Part shown: in pieces, positions 8,213 to 18,105 of the stretch
How the letters are laid out: each line of letters opens with the position of its first letter
Position numbering within the stretch: position 1 is the first letter of the stretch
Source of the DNA: a virus
Lineage: Duplodnaviria; Caudoviricetes
DNA: 58,006 bases
Reading direction: 5' to 3' (one strand)
Virus record (IMG/VR): IMGVR_UViG_3300033407_000015
Span: 1 to 58,006 of that record
Position numbers and translations under genes: made by a program
Notes under the pieces: generated by a model
What the model saw: the letters and a program-made list of their open reading frames with translations, nothing else
What the model was told of the DNA's origin: nothing
Database searches by the model: none

Positions 8213-10117
8213 ATGGCCACCGGCCCATCGTTCGTCTTCTCTCAAGAGAATGTGAAGTATCGCTACGGCGAGCGCTATGCGTCAGAGTCCTCGAATCGTA
8301 AGTTTCTGGGCATTCCGTTTGGCGCATATCTAGGATTCACTCCAAGCTTCAGCAACAACATTCTGACCTTGTCTGTTGACGCCGACTTTGGCTATTGCTT
8401 CGCTCGCGTCGCGTCACAGGACGATCCGCTCTATATTCTGGACGTCATCATTCAGGACAACGGCGTCCTCGACTTCACGAATCACAACTCGTTCCCAGTC
8501 AACGTGGTGCTTAAGGTCAATGGAAAGCTAGGTCTCCCGCACTCCGCCGAGATCGTGACGCAGAGCGCTGCTCCAGTCTTCCCGACTGAGATCCTTTTGG
8601 GTGTCGTTAACGCGCCTAACACCATCGACGTATCCGAGCCTTTCAGTCGCGATACACCCTACGCTTACTCCGGTGCTCCGCTTGGTTACGGCTTCATGAA
8701 GAGTGGCGCAGTTGAAGAGCTTCTTGCGGCTATCGCTGTCAACGCTGAGGTGACGGCGGCGCGGGTTGATCTAACTGAGTTCACCCATCTGAATTTGAAC
8801 GCCAGGATCGAAGCAGATGGCGCTGCACCCGCCATGGCTGATCGTCTTGGTAAGGAGATGCGGACGATCCTGGCCGACGACTTTGTTATCGCCTCTCCAA
8901 CAGACACGATCAACATCAGTCGAGCCTTCTCTCGATTCCATCGAAGTATCTCTGGGATCACACCAATTCAGGACTTCGACGGCTTTGCATCTGAGACGCG
9001 AGTGGGCGCTATCACGTCAGGAACGGTGCCTGATCCAACCCCAACCGGAGCTTTTACGGACCCAGAGCGCAATGCGTGCGCGATCATCGATGCAACGACC
9101 GAGGCTCGTCTTACCGATTCGACGCGTCAGGTCGCCTACGGTCGACTTGTTCATGACGAGATTACGCTCACGGGCGTGGATATCACCTTCACAAGTGCCT
9201 CGACTGCTGTGGCCGGGTCAGGCACCTTATTCACAACTGAGATTCAGATTGGGGACATCATCCAGGATCCGATCAGTGGAGACTACTTCGAGGTAGATAC
9301 GATCACCTCGGACGTAGCTCTCGATCTCACGGTCGCGTTCCCGAACGCCACGACACCTCCTGCGACGGCGCCCGGCCCTCGTCGTCGGTTCACGCTTAAC
9401 GCCAAGACGCGATCGGGGCCCACCTCCGATGCGCTCTTCAACATGCCGACGTCTACGGTCCGCGTCTACTTCAACGCTTGGCTCTCTGTTGAAGTCTCGC
9501 AATACGATTACTCAACTGACCTGTTGCGGGCGTTCGAGGAAGAACCGGTCATCAATGCCACTACCGCGGCGGCAGGTAAGGCTTTAGTCGCTTCAGGTCT
9601 GTCTGAGGGTAAAGCAGGGGCTATCTTTGCGATCCAGCAGATTGGCGTGCAGATCGGTTCTCCTCATATCCATACAGTTGACTTCAACGGAGTAGCAAGC
9701 GGTGGCGCTGGAATCGCTAACGTCTCGCAGAGAGGGCCTACCGGTGATCCCGGTGGTCCCTTTGGCGGCGGCCCCGGTGTTCCAGGTCCGCTGGGCATTC
9801 AAGGGCCGCAAGGTCAGGGATTTACGAACTTCGATTCGTTCAATCTTTTCAAAGAGTCCAATCTCTTCGATCACGCGGTGTTGGGCTCCGGCGTTCAGTA
9901 TTCCTTCACGACGACTATGAGTGGTTCTGAGATCCTCTTTTTGACTGGTGGGAATTCAGAGTGGTACTCGCCGTTTGTTTTCGACTCGGATGACCACTTT
10001 CAGATCGATGACATCGTGATCGTATCTGGAACCCAGGTGCGCCTGGATGCCCGCGTGCCGACCGGCGGCTCCCCTTCTGCCCAGGTTCGATTCTTCCTAA
10101 ACGCGGCTACTAAGTAG
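8213..10117 (+). CDS. Putative tail fiber/baseplate protein, ~630-aa paralog family copy 1, short collagen-like segment
   Basis: G.P.GAYLGF.P, YGFM..G.(V/I)E.L and IHT..F motifs shared with the 10127 and 13087 ORFs; GPTGDPG..GVPGPLGIQGPQGQG. Confidence 0.65.
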   Translation: MATGPSFVFSQENVKYRYGERYASESSNRKFLGIPFGAYLGFTPSFSNNILTLSVDADFGYCFARVASQDDPLYILDVIIQDNGVLDFTNHNSFPVNVVLKVNGKLGLPHSAEIVTQSAAPVFPTEILLGVVNAPNTIDVSEPFSRDTPYAYSGAPLGYGFMKSGAVEELLAAIAVNAEVTAARVDLTEFTHLNLNARIEADGAAPAMADRLGKEMRTILADDFVIASPTDTINISRAFSRFHRSISGITPIQDFDGFASETRVGAITSGTVPDPTPTGAFTDPERNACAIIDATTEARLTDSTRQVAYGRLVHDEITLTGVDITFTSASTAVAGSGTLFTTEIQIGDIIQDPISGDYFEVDTITSDVALDLTVAFPNATTPPATAPGPRRRFTLNAKTRSGPTSDALFNMPTSTVRVYFNAWLSVEVSQYDYSTDLLRAFEEEPVINATTAAAGKALVASGLSEGKAGAIFAIQQIGVQIGSPHIHTVDFNGVASGGAGIANVSQRGPTGDPGGPFGGGPGVPGPLGIQGPQGQGFTNFDSFNLFKESNLFDHAVLGSGVQYSFTTTMSGSEILFLTGGNSEWYSPFVFDSDDHFQIDDIVIVSGTQVRLDARVPTGGSPSAQVRFFLNAATK

Positions 10118-10126
10118 GAGGCATCT

Positions 10127-11989
10127 GTGGCAGTTTTTCCTCTTCAGGTCTTCACCCAGGGCGGCGTTCAGGCAGGCTTCAACGAAGACTATAAATCGTC
10201 TCCGCTCGGGGTTCGCTATGCCGGACAACCCAAGGGCGCCTACGTCGGGTTTATCCCATCTGTTCTTGGATCGGTGCTCACGTTCGATGTCGATCCGACC
10301 TTTGGCTATTCCCTGGTCAAGGTTGGGTCAAATGTTGATCCAAGCGGCATGGATGTGTTCGTCACGGATCCGGTGACCCTAGACTTCGTGGGTCAGCCGG
10401 ATCTTGACTTCCCAATGAACGTCATGGTGAGGATCTCCTACTACGCCGACGGAACGGTTCCAACCAGCGCAGAGGTGTTTTCTCGAAGCGCCACAGTTGC
10501 AGTGGGCGCGAACGAGGCACTGCTCTGTGTTGTCGATGGACCTGCTGCCGCTCTGACGCTTGCGGCGGATGTCTCACTTCAAGAGCGCGATGAGCCGTTG
10601 GCCTATGGGCATATCAACTTCGGATTTATGCCCGGCGGCTCGATTGAAAGCCTTCAGGCCGCTGCTGACATCGTCAACGAGGTGATCGCTGCTCGCGCAG
10701 GACTCGATGGTACGGCCTACACAAACCTAAACGCACGCATTACTGGCGACTTCAGCGCTACGTCAATGGCCAGTCGTCTCGCCTTGGCGTTCTATGCGCT
10801 TCGAAGTAATGACTACGACATCGCAGCGGGTGGCTCCGGTGCTAACGTCTCAGGCTCCTTTACCCAAACAGATCGAGACCATAACCCAAAGATCACGCTT
10901 GATGGGTCTGGTGGTGAGACGTCTGAGGGAGCGATTGCTGATCCCAACGACATAGTGCGAAACGTGGTGTTGGTAGTTGATGCGTCGACGGGATATCGAC
11001 CTATCGATGACGAGACGGAGCGCAGGGTTATCTTTGGAAGACTGTCTGGTCCCAACCAAAAGGTAGTTGGTGGCGTATGGCAGTTTCTCAATGCGTCCAG
11101 GAACGTCGTAACGACAGATGGAAATGGGCAGGCGACGATTGAGTTCGAAGCTGGAAACGCCATCCTTGGTCCGGATGGGGCCTACTACGAGGTCGATTCG
11201 ATTCTCACCAACAACAGCATCGAGCTTCGCTCTGCGTTCCAGGGTGTTTCTGCCACAGTCACCTCAACGCAGGTTACGCAATGGAAGGTTCTTCTCAAGA
11301 AGATCGTCAGCGGAGTAGAGGTAGACGCGGCCCTCTTAGACGACACCACGATTAGGTTTTTCTTCCCGACCTTCCTTTCCATGAAGCAGAGCAACGCCGA
11401 TTGGCGATCTGCGCTGCATACTGCGGCCGAGCGCGTTCCCCTTCCTAGCGCTTCCACTGTGGTCCCCGGGATGGTCCGTCTCGCTAATTCTGGCGCATTA
11501 CTTGGTTCGGTAAACATCCAGAACGCGGGGACTCCTATCGCCGGTGGCCCCTTCCATACGATCAACTTCAATGCCGCAAACGCTTCGGTTGTTGCTGCTC
11601 CTGGAGACCCACAGGAAGTCGAGGTTGTCGAGATCGGTCCTGTAGGGGCAACAGGCGATGATGGGTCAAGCGGAGCGCCAGGTGATCCCGGAGACACGGG
11701 TCCTGGCTACAGTACGCTCAACCCGTTTGAGATCAGCACCGAGTTGCCAGGTACTCCAGGATTGACCGTCATGTGGTCATTCACGAAGGACATGGGTCAC
11801 AACGTCCGTTACATTAGCGGCGGCATCGCCAAATGGCGGGATAATGGCTTCTTCTCCACACCTGGAGATCGCCTTGACGTCTCTGATGTAGTCATCGCTA
11901 GCGCGACTGAAGGTCGAATCGAAGGCAGCATGGGTGGTGTCTTTGGCGACGTCTTCGTCACGCCTTTCTTGAGTTCTGCTGGTGATTAG
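10127..11989 (+). CDS. ~630-aa paralog family copy 2, collagen-like segment
   Basis: GQPKGAYVGF, FGFMPGGSIE, GPVGATGDDGSSGAPGDPGDTGPG. Confidence 0.65.
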   Translation: MAVFPLQVFTQGGVQAGFNEDYKSSPLGVRYAGQPKGAYVGFIPSVLGSVLTFDVDPTFGYSLVKVGSNVDPSGMDVFVTDPVTLDFVGQPDLDFPMNVMVRISYYADGTVPTSAEVFSRSATVAVGANEALLCVVDGPAAALTLAADVSLQERDEPLAYGHINFGFMPGGSIESLQAAADIVNEVIAARAGLDGTAYTNLNARITGDFSATSMASRLALAFYALRSNDYDIAAGGSGANVSGSFTQTDRDHNPKITLDGSGGETSEGAIADPNDIVRNVVLVVDASTGYRPIDDETERRVIFGRLSGPNQKVVGGVWQFLNASRNVVTTDGNGQATIEFEAGNAILGPDGAYYEVDSILTNNSIELRSAFQGVSATVTSTQVTQWKVLLKKIVSGVEVDAALLDDTTIRFFFPTFLSMKQSNADWRSALHTAAERVPLPSASTVVPGMVRLANSGALLGSVNIQNAGTPIAGGPFHTINFNAANASVVAAPGDPQEVEVVEIGPVGATGDDGSSGAPGDPGDTGPGYSTLNPFEISTELPGTPGLTVMWSFTKDMGHNVRYISGGIAKWRDNGFFSTPGDRLDVSDVVIASATEGRIEGSMGGVFGDVFVTPFLSSAGD

Positions 11990-11997
11990 GAGGAAAC

Positions 11998-13083
11998 ATG
12001 CCCCTTGTGTTCGGTGATAGGGTCAAAGAGACCTCGACTTCGGTTGGACTTAGCAGCTTCGTGCTTGATGGCGCTACGACTGGTTTTCAGTCGTTTGCGG
12101 TTGGTATTGGTAACGGAAACCAATGCTTCTACACCATCGAGAACGACGCCGACGCTTCGTGGGAGGTCGGCATCGGAACGATCAGTGGTGCAAGCCTTGC
12201 GCGCGATTCGGTTCTTAGCTCCTCAAACGCTGGGGCACCCGTCAATTTTGCGGCTGGGACTAAGCAAGTTTTCGCGACCGAGGCTGCCCAGCACTTCAAC
12301 GACGCTGTGACTACGGCAAGCCACAATCTGTTGGACCACACGGGTATCCCAGGTGTTCCTGCTGCGGAGGCATTCACGTCTGTTGCTCACCAGACGCAGG
12401 ATCATGCGGGTATCCCAGGTGTTCCTGCTGCGGAAGCCTACACGCAAGTAGCGCACGACGGGGACGATCACACTGGCGCCACGCTGATCGCCCCTCCCTC
12501 TCAGGTAGAGGCGCAGACTGGTACTGCTACGACCGCACGTCTGTGGACCGCAGAGCGTGTGAAGGACTCCATCGTAGCGCTCGGGTCAGGGGCCGAGTCC
12601 TACGATCAGGCTGCGCACGACGCTGACGATCACACCGGTGCTACCTTGATCGCGCCACCATCTCAGCCGGAAGCAGAGGCCGGCACTGCTACGACTGCTC
12701 GTCTGTGGACTGCGCTCCGTGTTGCACAGGCCATCGCCGCGCAATCTGGACTTCAGCTTGCGACGTCGTTCGTTACTGCGACGAACACCATCTCTGTCGC
12801 AACCGGCTTCTCGCCGAAGTTGGCGCTCTTCGTCGGGCGGTACTCCGGGCTCACCGCTACACCGACCATCGGATTCGCTATCGGCACCGGAGGGGTTAAT
12901 CAAGGCTGTACCGTTGCCGGTGGCCTTGAATCCGTCATTGGCTTTATCGCGGCTGACTCTGGTGGTGACATGGTGACAGACGAAGCGCACGAGGTCGTTC
13001 AATTCGACGCGACCCAGGTTCAGGCAACTCAGACTACTGGCGCTACAACCTGGACCGGGTTCGTGATCGTGCTGGGGGGCTAG
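11998..13083 (+). CDS. Tail-fiber-like virion protein with internal duplications
   Basis: N-terminus (DRVKETST..G...L.GA..GFQSF...WEVGIGT) of a type common in phage fiber-like proteins; duplicated DHxGIPGVPAAEA and HDxDDHTGATLIAPPSQxEA..GTATTARLWTA. Confidence 0.65.
   Translation: MPLVFGDRVKETSTSVGLSSFVLDGATTGFQSFAVGIGNGNQCFYTIENDADASWEVGIGTISGASLARDSVLSSSNAGAPVNFAAGTKQVFATEAAQHFNDAVTTASHNLLDHTGIPGVPAAEAFTSVAHQTQDHAGIPGVPAAEAYTQVAHDGDDHTGATLIAPPSQVEAQTGTATTARLWTAERVKDSIVALGSGAESYDQAAHDADDHTGATLIAPPSQPEAEAGTATTARLWTALRVAQAIAAQSGLQLATSFVTATNTISVATGFSPKLALFVGRYSGLTATPTIGFAIGTGGVNQGCTVAGGLESVIGFIAADSGGDMVTDEAHEVVQFDATQVQATQTTGATTWTGFVIVLGG
12341..12434 (+). repeat. 28-nt perfect direct repeat inside the 11998 ORF
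   Basis: cgggtatcccaggtgttcctgctgcgga at 12341-12368 and 12407-12434. Confidence 0.85.
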
Positions 13084-13086
13084 TAG

Positions 13087-15015
13087 ATGGCCGGCGTCTT
13101 TCCTACCGCTTCGAGTCCTACGGCTACAACCCCACCAGTAGTCTCCCCACCACCGGGTGTTGGGACCTTCCCCTCTATTGCGCTCTCCAACGAGTTTGTG
13201 AAGGTGCGTTGGTTCGAGCAGAATGTGGCCAAGGCAGTAAATCAGCGCTGGATTGGAATGCCTCGTGGTGTGTACTTGGGCTTTGACCCAGAGACCGTTC
13301 CGGGATCGCGCCTCGTCACCTTGGCTACAGACGCTCAGCAAAGCTTCTCGCTGCTGAAGGTCCCCTCCCGTGATGAGACGGTCATGGTCGACATCTTTAC
13401 AGGTGAAGACGTTGTGCTTGATTTCACGGCGCATAACGCCTGGCCGGTGTACGTGCTTGCGACGTCGTCCTACAAAACAGGATCACCTACGCAAGGCAAG
13501 ATCTTTACCCGCGCCTCAACTGCGAGTGCGATTGACGAAATCGTGATCTGCCGGGTAGATAAGGTCGGGGACGACCTAGTCATCGATGTAACGGAGCCGA
13601 CGAATAGGCAGCAGCCAGTTGCCTTTCAGACGCAGCCCTACGGTTATATGCCGGATGGGTCTATTGAGGATTTGAGCACAACCAACGCCATCGTATCTGA
13701 GGTCGTCGCCGCTCGTTCCTCGATCTATACAGGGCCGCACGGTGACCTAAAGACGCGTCTTGATGCCGATATGGGTGGAGCCGAGATGGCCGACCGGCTC
13801 GGGTTTCGACTTGCTCACCTGCTCTCTAATGTCCACCAAAATCGTAGTGGGACGGCACTGAACGTTTCTGGTTCCTTTACCGAGACGGGTCGCACCACGG
13901 CCCCTCTCCTTACCATCTCTTCTGGTGGCGGCGAGTCCGTTGAGGGGGCAATCACTGACGGCGTTAGGGGGGTTTGCTTTCTCGTCAACAGCACTACAAA
14001 GCAACGAATCATTAACGAGACGACCCGAGAACCAATCTATGGGCAACTCGCCTTCTCAACGGCTATCATCGGAGCGGGTAAGGAAGTTCACTTCGTCAAT
14101 GCTTCGGTCAGCGTCAATGGCAACGGGACGAACCCCTTTGGAGCACCGCTCGTAGAAGGCGATATTATCGCGGGCCCTGATGGCTTGTTCTACGAGATCA
14201 GTTCCATTGCTGACCCAGACAACGCCACGTTGGGCGCAGCATACCGTGGTGTCGATGACTTCATCTCGAACCCAGCGTTTCGGCGCTGGCAGATCTTCTT
14301 GTTTACTGTGTCGAGCGGCGTCTTCAATCTCGTCACGCCAACCAACGTGCAGTTTATCTTTCCGTCGTTCTTCCGTCTCGATCGTGCGATCTTCGACGGG
14401 AGCTTGCACATCAAACAAGACGGTGAGCGCCCTCAACTTCCAGTTGCTACTTCCGCGAGCGCCGGAAAGGCTCTCCTGGCAACCGATGGTGGTCTAGTTG
14501 GCTCGTTCCGTACCATTAAGGATACGGGAACCTCCATCGGGGCTGACATCCACACCTTGAACTTCCTCACCGGTGGCGCAGCAAACGCCGGCGCTGGTGT
14601 CGCCATCGTGTCTGTGCCTGGAGCTAAAGGCGCACCAGGTCCCTCCTCCAATCAAGGGCCCGACGGTCCAACAGGCGCGGCGGGCTTTGGTTACAGCCTT
14701 CAAAATTCCTTTGAGACTGGACCGGAGTCGGGAGACACAAGCACAGCGGTAGGACCCGTTACCGTGTCCTACACGCATGACTGGACCGTACCGTCTTCAA
14801 CCCCTACGTTATCCGCCCAATCGCCTAGGTCTTACGCTCATGTCTCTGGAGGATGGAGCATCATCAATGGCTTCCACGGGGGCGGATTTGAGCGGATTCA
14901 CATCGACTCTTTGGCTGATGACGGCGCCAACAACACTCGGATCATCTACCGTATTCAGCCCGACGGTAACCTGAGCAATACAACCATTCAGTGCTATATG
15001 GGAGCGTCGCAGTGA
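13087..15015 (+). CDS. ~630-aa paralog family copy 3, collagen-like segment
   Basis: GMPRGVYLGF, YGYMPDGSIE, GAKGAPGP..GPDGPTGAAG. Confidence 0.65.
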   Translation: MAGVFPTASSPTATTPPVVSPPPGVGTFPSIALSNEFVKVRWFEQNVAKAVNQRWIGMPRGVYLGFDPETVPGSRLVTLATDAQQSFSLLKVPSRDETVMVDIFTGEDVVLDFTAHNAWPVYVLATSSYKTGSPTQGKIFTRASTASAIDEIVICRVDKVGDDLVIDVTEPTNRQQPVAFQTQPYGYMPDGSIEDLSTTNAIVSEVVAARSSIYTGPHGDLKTRLDADMGGAEMADRLGFRLAHLLSNVHQNRSGTALNVSGSFTETGRTTAPLLTISSGGGESVEGAITDGVRGVCFLVNSTTKQRIINETTREPIYGQLAFSTAIIGAGKEVHFVNASVSVNGNGTNPFGAPLVEGDIIAGPDGLFYEISSIADPDNATLGAAYRGVDDFISNPAFRRWQIFLFTVSSGVFNLVTPTNVQFIFPSFFRLDRAIFDGSLHIKQDGERPQLPVATSASAGKALLATDGGLVGSFRTIKDTGTSIGADIHTLNFLTGGAANAGAGVAIVSVPGAKGAPGPSSNQGPDGPTGAAGFGYSLQNSFETGPESGDTSTAVGPVTVSYTHDWTVPSSTPTLSAQSPRSYAHVSGGWSIINGFHGGGFERIHIDSLADDGANNTRIIYRIQPDGNLSNTTIQCYMGASQ

Positions 15016-15608
15016 GACATTACTTTGGCTATGACATCAACGGCGACCTCCTCGCCATCGAAACCTATGGTCCTGCTGGCTGGCCCACCGATCATTGCAT
15101 GGAGGATCCGCAATGCGTCAAGGACTCGGTTTGTTCTCTGCGCGAGAGCCGCGCAAAGAACGCCCCAGGCATCATCGATTGGGTGCTTTATGACTGCCCT
15201 TGTAATGCAGGGCAAGGCGCCATTCTGAAAAACTGCACCTGCGTTAACTCGAAATACGGCGTGAGCTATGTAGACGTTGCGTCAAGGGTGCTGAGACCTA
15301 AGCCAATGACGACGGTCTACATCGACTCCGTCGCGATTCAGTCCGGTGACATTATTACCAGAGACCCAGGGACTCAGATGACTCTCAAAGTGACCGGTAA
15401 TGGTGTTCCAGACGGTACGGTAGTTAGGTGCGTGCAAAAAGGTTCGGTCGATCTCGTTCTTGACGACGAGTGGGAATTGGAGTTCTCGAACGGCGTATCG
15501 ACTACCAAGGTGCTGACTGCGCCCGCACAAGGTGCAAGAGGCATTGTCAACGTCTCAGGCACCTTGATTCGTCCGGTGATCTTCAGTGTCCGGGGCTTTG
15601 CATCCTAG
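15012..15608 (+). CDS. Cys-rich hypothetical protein
   Basis: Likely GTG start overlapping the previous stop (GTGA); C..C..C, CPC and CTC clusters. Confidence 0.55.
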   Translation: MRHYFGYDINGDLLAIETYGPAGWPTDHCMEDPQCVKDSVCSLRESRAKNAPGIIDWVLYDCPCNAGQGAILKNCTCVNSKYGVSYVDVASRVLRPKPMTTVYIDSVAIQSGDIITRDPGTQMTLKVTGNGVPDGTVVRCVQKGSVDLVLDDEWELEFSNGVSTTKVLTAPAQGARGIVNVSGTLIRPVIFSVRGFAS

Positions 15609-15610
15609 GT

Positions 15611-16435
15611 ATGAGCAACATCGACGATGTTCTGCCACTTCCAGATCAAGTTGAAGTTCGACTTCTAGCGCCCAACATGATGGTCCTTAGGGGTGTCGTT
15701 CCAGAATGGCGCGACGAACTCATTCAGATCTCTGAAAAGATCCAGTGCTGGAAGCACTCTGGGCAGATCCTTCCTAATGGTAGTGAGAGCTACAAAGACG
15801 CGTTCCGAACGAGTCGTAGCTTCATCGTCTCCGCGTCTCATCCAGACTATGGGCCGTGTTTGCGGCGCTTCGAAGAGGCGCTCTTTAAGGTATTCCATAC
15901 CGGCGTAACTGCTTACAAGAATCACAATCAGTTCTTGACTGTTACGCACGACTCAGGCTTTGAGATGCTGCGGTATCAAGAGGGTCAACGCTTTGGGATT
16001 CATACAGACGCCATTTTGGGCCGGCAAGAGGGCTTTCGGCAGCTTAGCGCGGTGGTTTATCTCAATGATGGCTATGAAGGCGGTGAGACCTACTTCCCTC
16101 GTCAGCAGATCAGGTTCAAGGCACAAGCAGGGGACCTAATCCTTTTCCCTTCAACTTTCTGCTACCCTCATGAATCCTTACCAGTGACGAAGGGCATAAA
16201 GTATGCCATCGTGACCTGGTTCATGGCCTATCCAAAGATCCAAGAAGACTCAGCCAAGGAAGAACAACATGGTGAAGCAGAAATTTATGGTGATCCTGCT
16301 GGGGTTGCTCCTGACAACGGGGTGTGCCTGCACGAACCCCCCGGAAGCAGATCTCCTGAGGGAGAACCGGAAGCACCTGATCGAGAGTCTTCGACCCGCA
16401 CTGGTCGATTCGCTAAACAGGGCGCAGAAGCCTGA
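15611..16435 (+). CDS. 2OG-Fe(II) oxygenase, prolyl-4-hydroxylase-like
   Basis: LRY..G..F..HTD...LSAVVYLNDGYEGGETYF...GDLILFPS...YPHES.PV..G.KY (HxD...H triad); ATG at 15611. Confidence 0.9.
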   Translation: MSNIDDVLPLPDQVEVRLLAPNMMVLRGVVPEWRDELIQISEKIQCWKHSGQILPNGSESYKDAFRTSRSFIVSASHPDYGPCLRRFEEALFKVFHTGVTAYKNHNQFLTVTHDSGFEMLRYQEGQRFGIHTDAILGRQEGFRQLSAVVYLNDGYEGGETYFPRQQIRFKAQAGDLILFPSTFCYPHESLPVTKGIKYAIVTWFMAYPKIQEDSAKEEQHGEAEIYGDPAGVAPDNGVCLHEPPGSRSPEGEPEAPDRESSTRTGRFAKQGAEA

Positions 16436-16577
16436 CGGCACCCCTCTCTACATCGACGCGTATCGCAACGAGAAGGTGAACCTTCTTGATCGGATCATTT
16501 CTGAGAGTGCTCGCGTAGCGCCCACGGACGAGGACGGTGGGCAATACGCGCCCGAGCCGCTTCCCTGGAAGAAGTAG
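16269..16577 (+). CDS. Putative lipoprotein
   Basis: Signal peptide MVKQKFMVILLGLLLTTG-C with lipobox-like Cys; AAGGA RBS; overlaps the oxygenase tail by 167 nt. Confidence 0.65.
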   Translation: MVKQKFMVILLGLLLTTGCACTNPPEADLLRENRKHLIESLRPALVDSLNRAQKPDGTPLYIDAYRNEKVNLLDRIISESARVAPTDEDGGQYAPEPLPWKK

Positions 16578-16579
16578 TC

Positions 16580-17062
16580 ATGGCCCTCGACAAGGACAAG
16601 ATCTGGAAGGACATCCAGGACGCGGCTAGACCTGAACTAGAGAAGCGCGCCAACGAACTTCGTGAGACCTTCCTCAAGAACGTTGACGACTTCATCGATT
16701 CATCCCGAGTTCACTTCTTGGATGACCTACTCAAGAAGGCAGCCAATTACGAGATCGACGCTGTGATGTCGGAAGACGCCGACATCGCCCGTCAGTATGC
16801 GACCGCTGCCGAAGATGTGTTGCGCCAGGTCTCCGTGATCTTGGTGGCCGAGAAGGTCGTGGCTGAGAAACAAATCGCAGCTATGATCGAAGCAGCCGCT
16901 CTTTCCGTTTGGGAAGGGTTCAAGTCCGTTGCCGCGGGCTTGCTGGGAGTCGCCATCAAGGGGGTGATCTCAGGCATCATTCCCGGAGGAGGTGCCATCG
17001 TTGACGCGGTGGATGACTTTCTCGGAGACAACATCGGGGCTGCTAAGCCCAAAGAAGCTTGA
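16580..17062 (+). CDS. Hypothetical helical protein with hydrophobic C-terminal segment
   Basis: 160 aa, coupled to the previous stop; AAGLLGVAIKGVISGIIPG. Confidence 0.6.
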   Translation: MALDKDKIWKDIQDAARPELEKRANELRETFLKNVDDFIDSSRVHFLDDLLKKAANYEIDAVMSEDADIARQYATAAEDVLRQVSVILVAEKVVAEKQIAAMIEAAALSVWEGFKSVAAGLLGVAIKGVISGIIPGGGAIVDAVDDFLGDNIGAAKPKEA

Positions 17063-17090
17063 TCCAATCAAGGGTTACAAGGAGAGAATC

Positions 17091-17417
17091 ATGGGTACGT
17101 TCACAGCAGCGCAGATCAAGAATCATGCCGAGAAGGCAATGGAAGCGTTCGCGGATGGCTTCCAATGGTCCGACATCATAACCTTGGTTCCAGTGGTCAT
17201 GGAGATCGTCGGCTCCGTTAAGGAGATGACCGGCGCAGAGAAACAAGAGTCTGCTGAAGGAATCCTCGATTACGTGATCGACGAGACCGATACCCCTTGG
17301 CTTCCGGACTCGTTCGTGGATCCCATCCTCAAGAAGGGCGTGCGGATCATGATCCCACTGCTCTTCAAAGCCTCAAAGGGTGAGTTCAGGTTCAAGGCTA
17401 CCGACGTCGACGACTAA
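17091..17417 (+). CDS. Hypothetical protein
   Basis: AAGGAGAG RBS before ATG 17091. Confidence 0.65.
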   Translation: MGTFTAAQIKNHAEKAMEAFADGFQWSDIITLVPVVMEIVGSVKEMTGAEKQESAEGILDYVIDETDTPWLPDSFVDPILKKGVRIMIPLLFKASKGEFRFKATDVDD

Positions 17418-17491
17418 GTTCTGAGCCCCCGCCCACAAGGCTCCGTTGAAGGCTCCAGGTAACTGGGGCTTTCTGCGTGTACAATCCTTGA

Positions 17492-17746
17492 ATGAACCTT
17501 GAACGTACCCCGTTGCTACTTGAGCGACGGATGCATACTCGTCATGCTCGTCGTCGGGCTGTTGATCTACTGCGATCTCGTGGTGGAGACACAAGCAAGA
17601 AGATCAAGGGGCGCGGAAAGCTGTCGCGCCTATCAATGCTGATTGCTCGCGAAATGGACGCGCCACAGCGCTCTCCGCTCACTGGAATTGCCTCTGGTCA
17701 CGGACTGAACTCCATGCCCGGCGGCGGCATCATCAAGCACTCATGA
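17492..17746 (+). CDS. Small basic protein, candidate internal head protein
   Basis: N-terminus MNLERTPLLLE resembles MTLERTNLIME of the 46429 ORF. Confidence 0.55.
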   Translation: MNLERTPLLLERRMHTRHARRRAVDLLRSRGGDTSKKIKGRGKLSRLSMLIAREMDAPQRSPLTGIASGHGLNSMPGGGIIKHS

Positions 17747-18105
17747 TCCGCCAACACCTCCTAGTCGAAACGCTCATCTCCAGGATCATCACCAGACGTG
17801 GTCCGGTGTTCATGTATCGCCGCCCGCAAGGTCCGCCTGTTACGAGTGATGAGACCCTGGATAGGTGGCTGCATAAGACGACGCAGACGTTTGACTTTGC
17901 GCCGATTTTTAATGGAGACCAACACCAAGCAAGGATCGTTGCCGAGCGCTACTTAGAGCACCTCAAGAAGAATGCTCAACGAGAGGGCATGGACTGGAGC
18001 GCGCTCACCATACGTCTCAATCAAGTTAGTCCTTTTCTTCGACGAGGACTTCAGACCTTCTTCTCGTTTTTCGACGCGGCAACTCGAACTCGAACTCGAA
18101 GCTGA
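17743..18105 (+). CDS. Hypothetical protein
   Basis: ATGA overlap upstream, TGATG overlap downstream; N-terminal LLVE. Confidence 0.55.
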   Translation: MIRQHLLVETLISRIITRRGPVFMYRRPQGPPVTSDETLDRWLHKTTQTFDFAPIFNGDQHQARIVAERYLEHLKKNAQREGMDWSALTIRLNQVSPFLRRGLQTFFSFFDAATRTRTRS

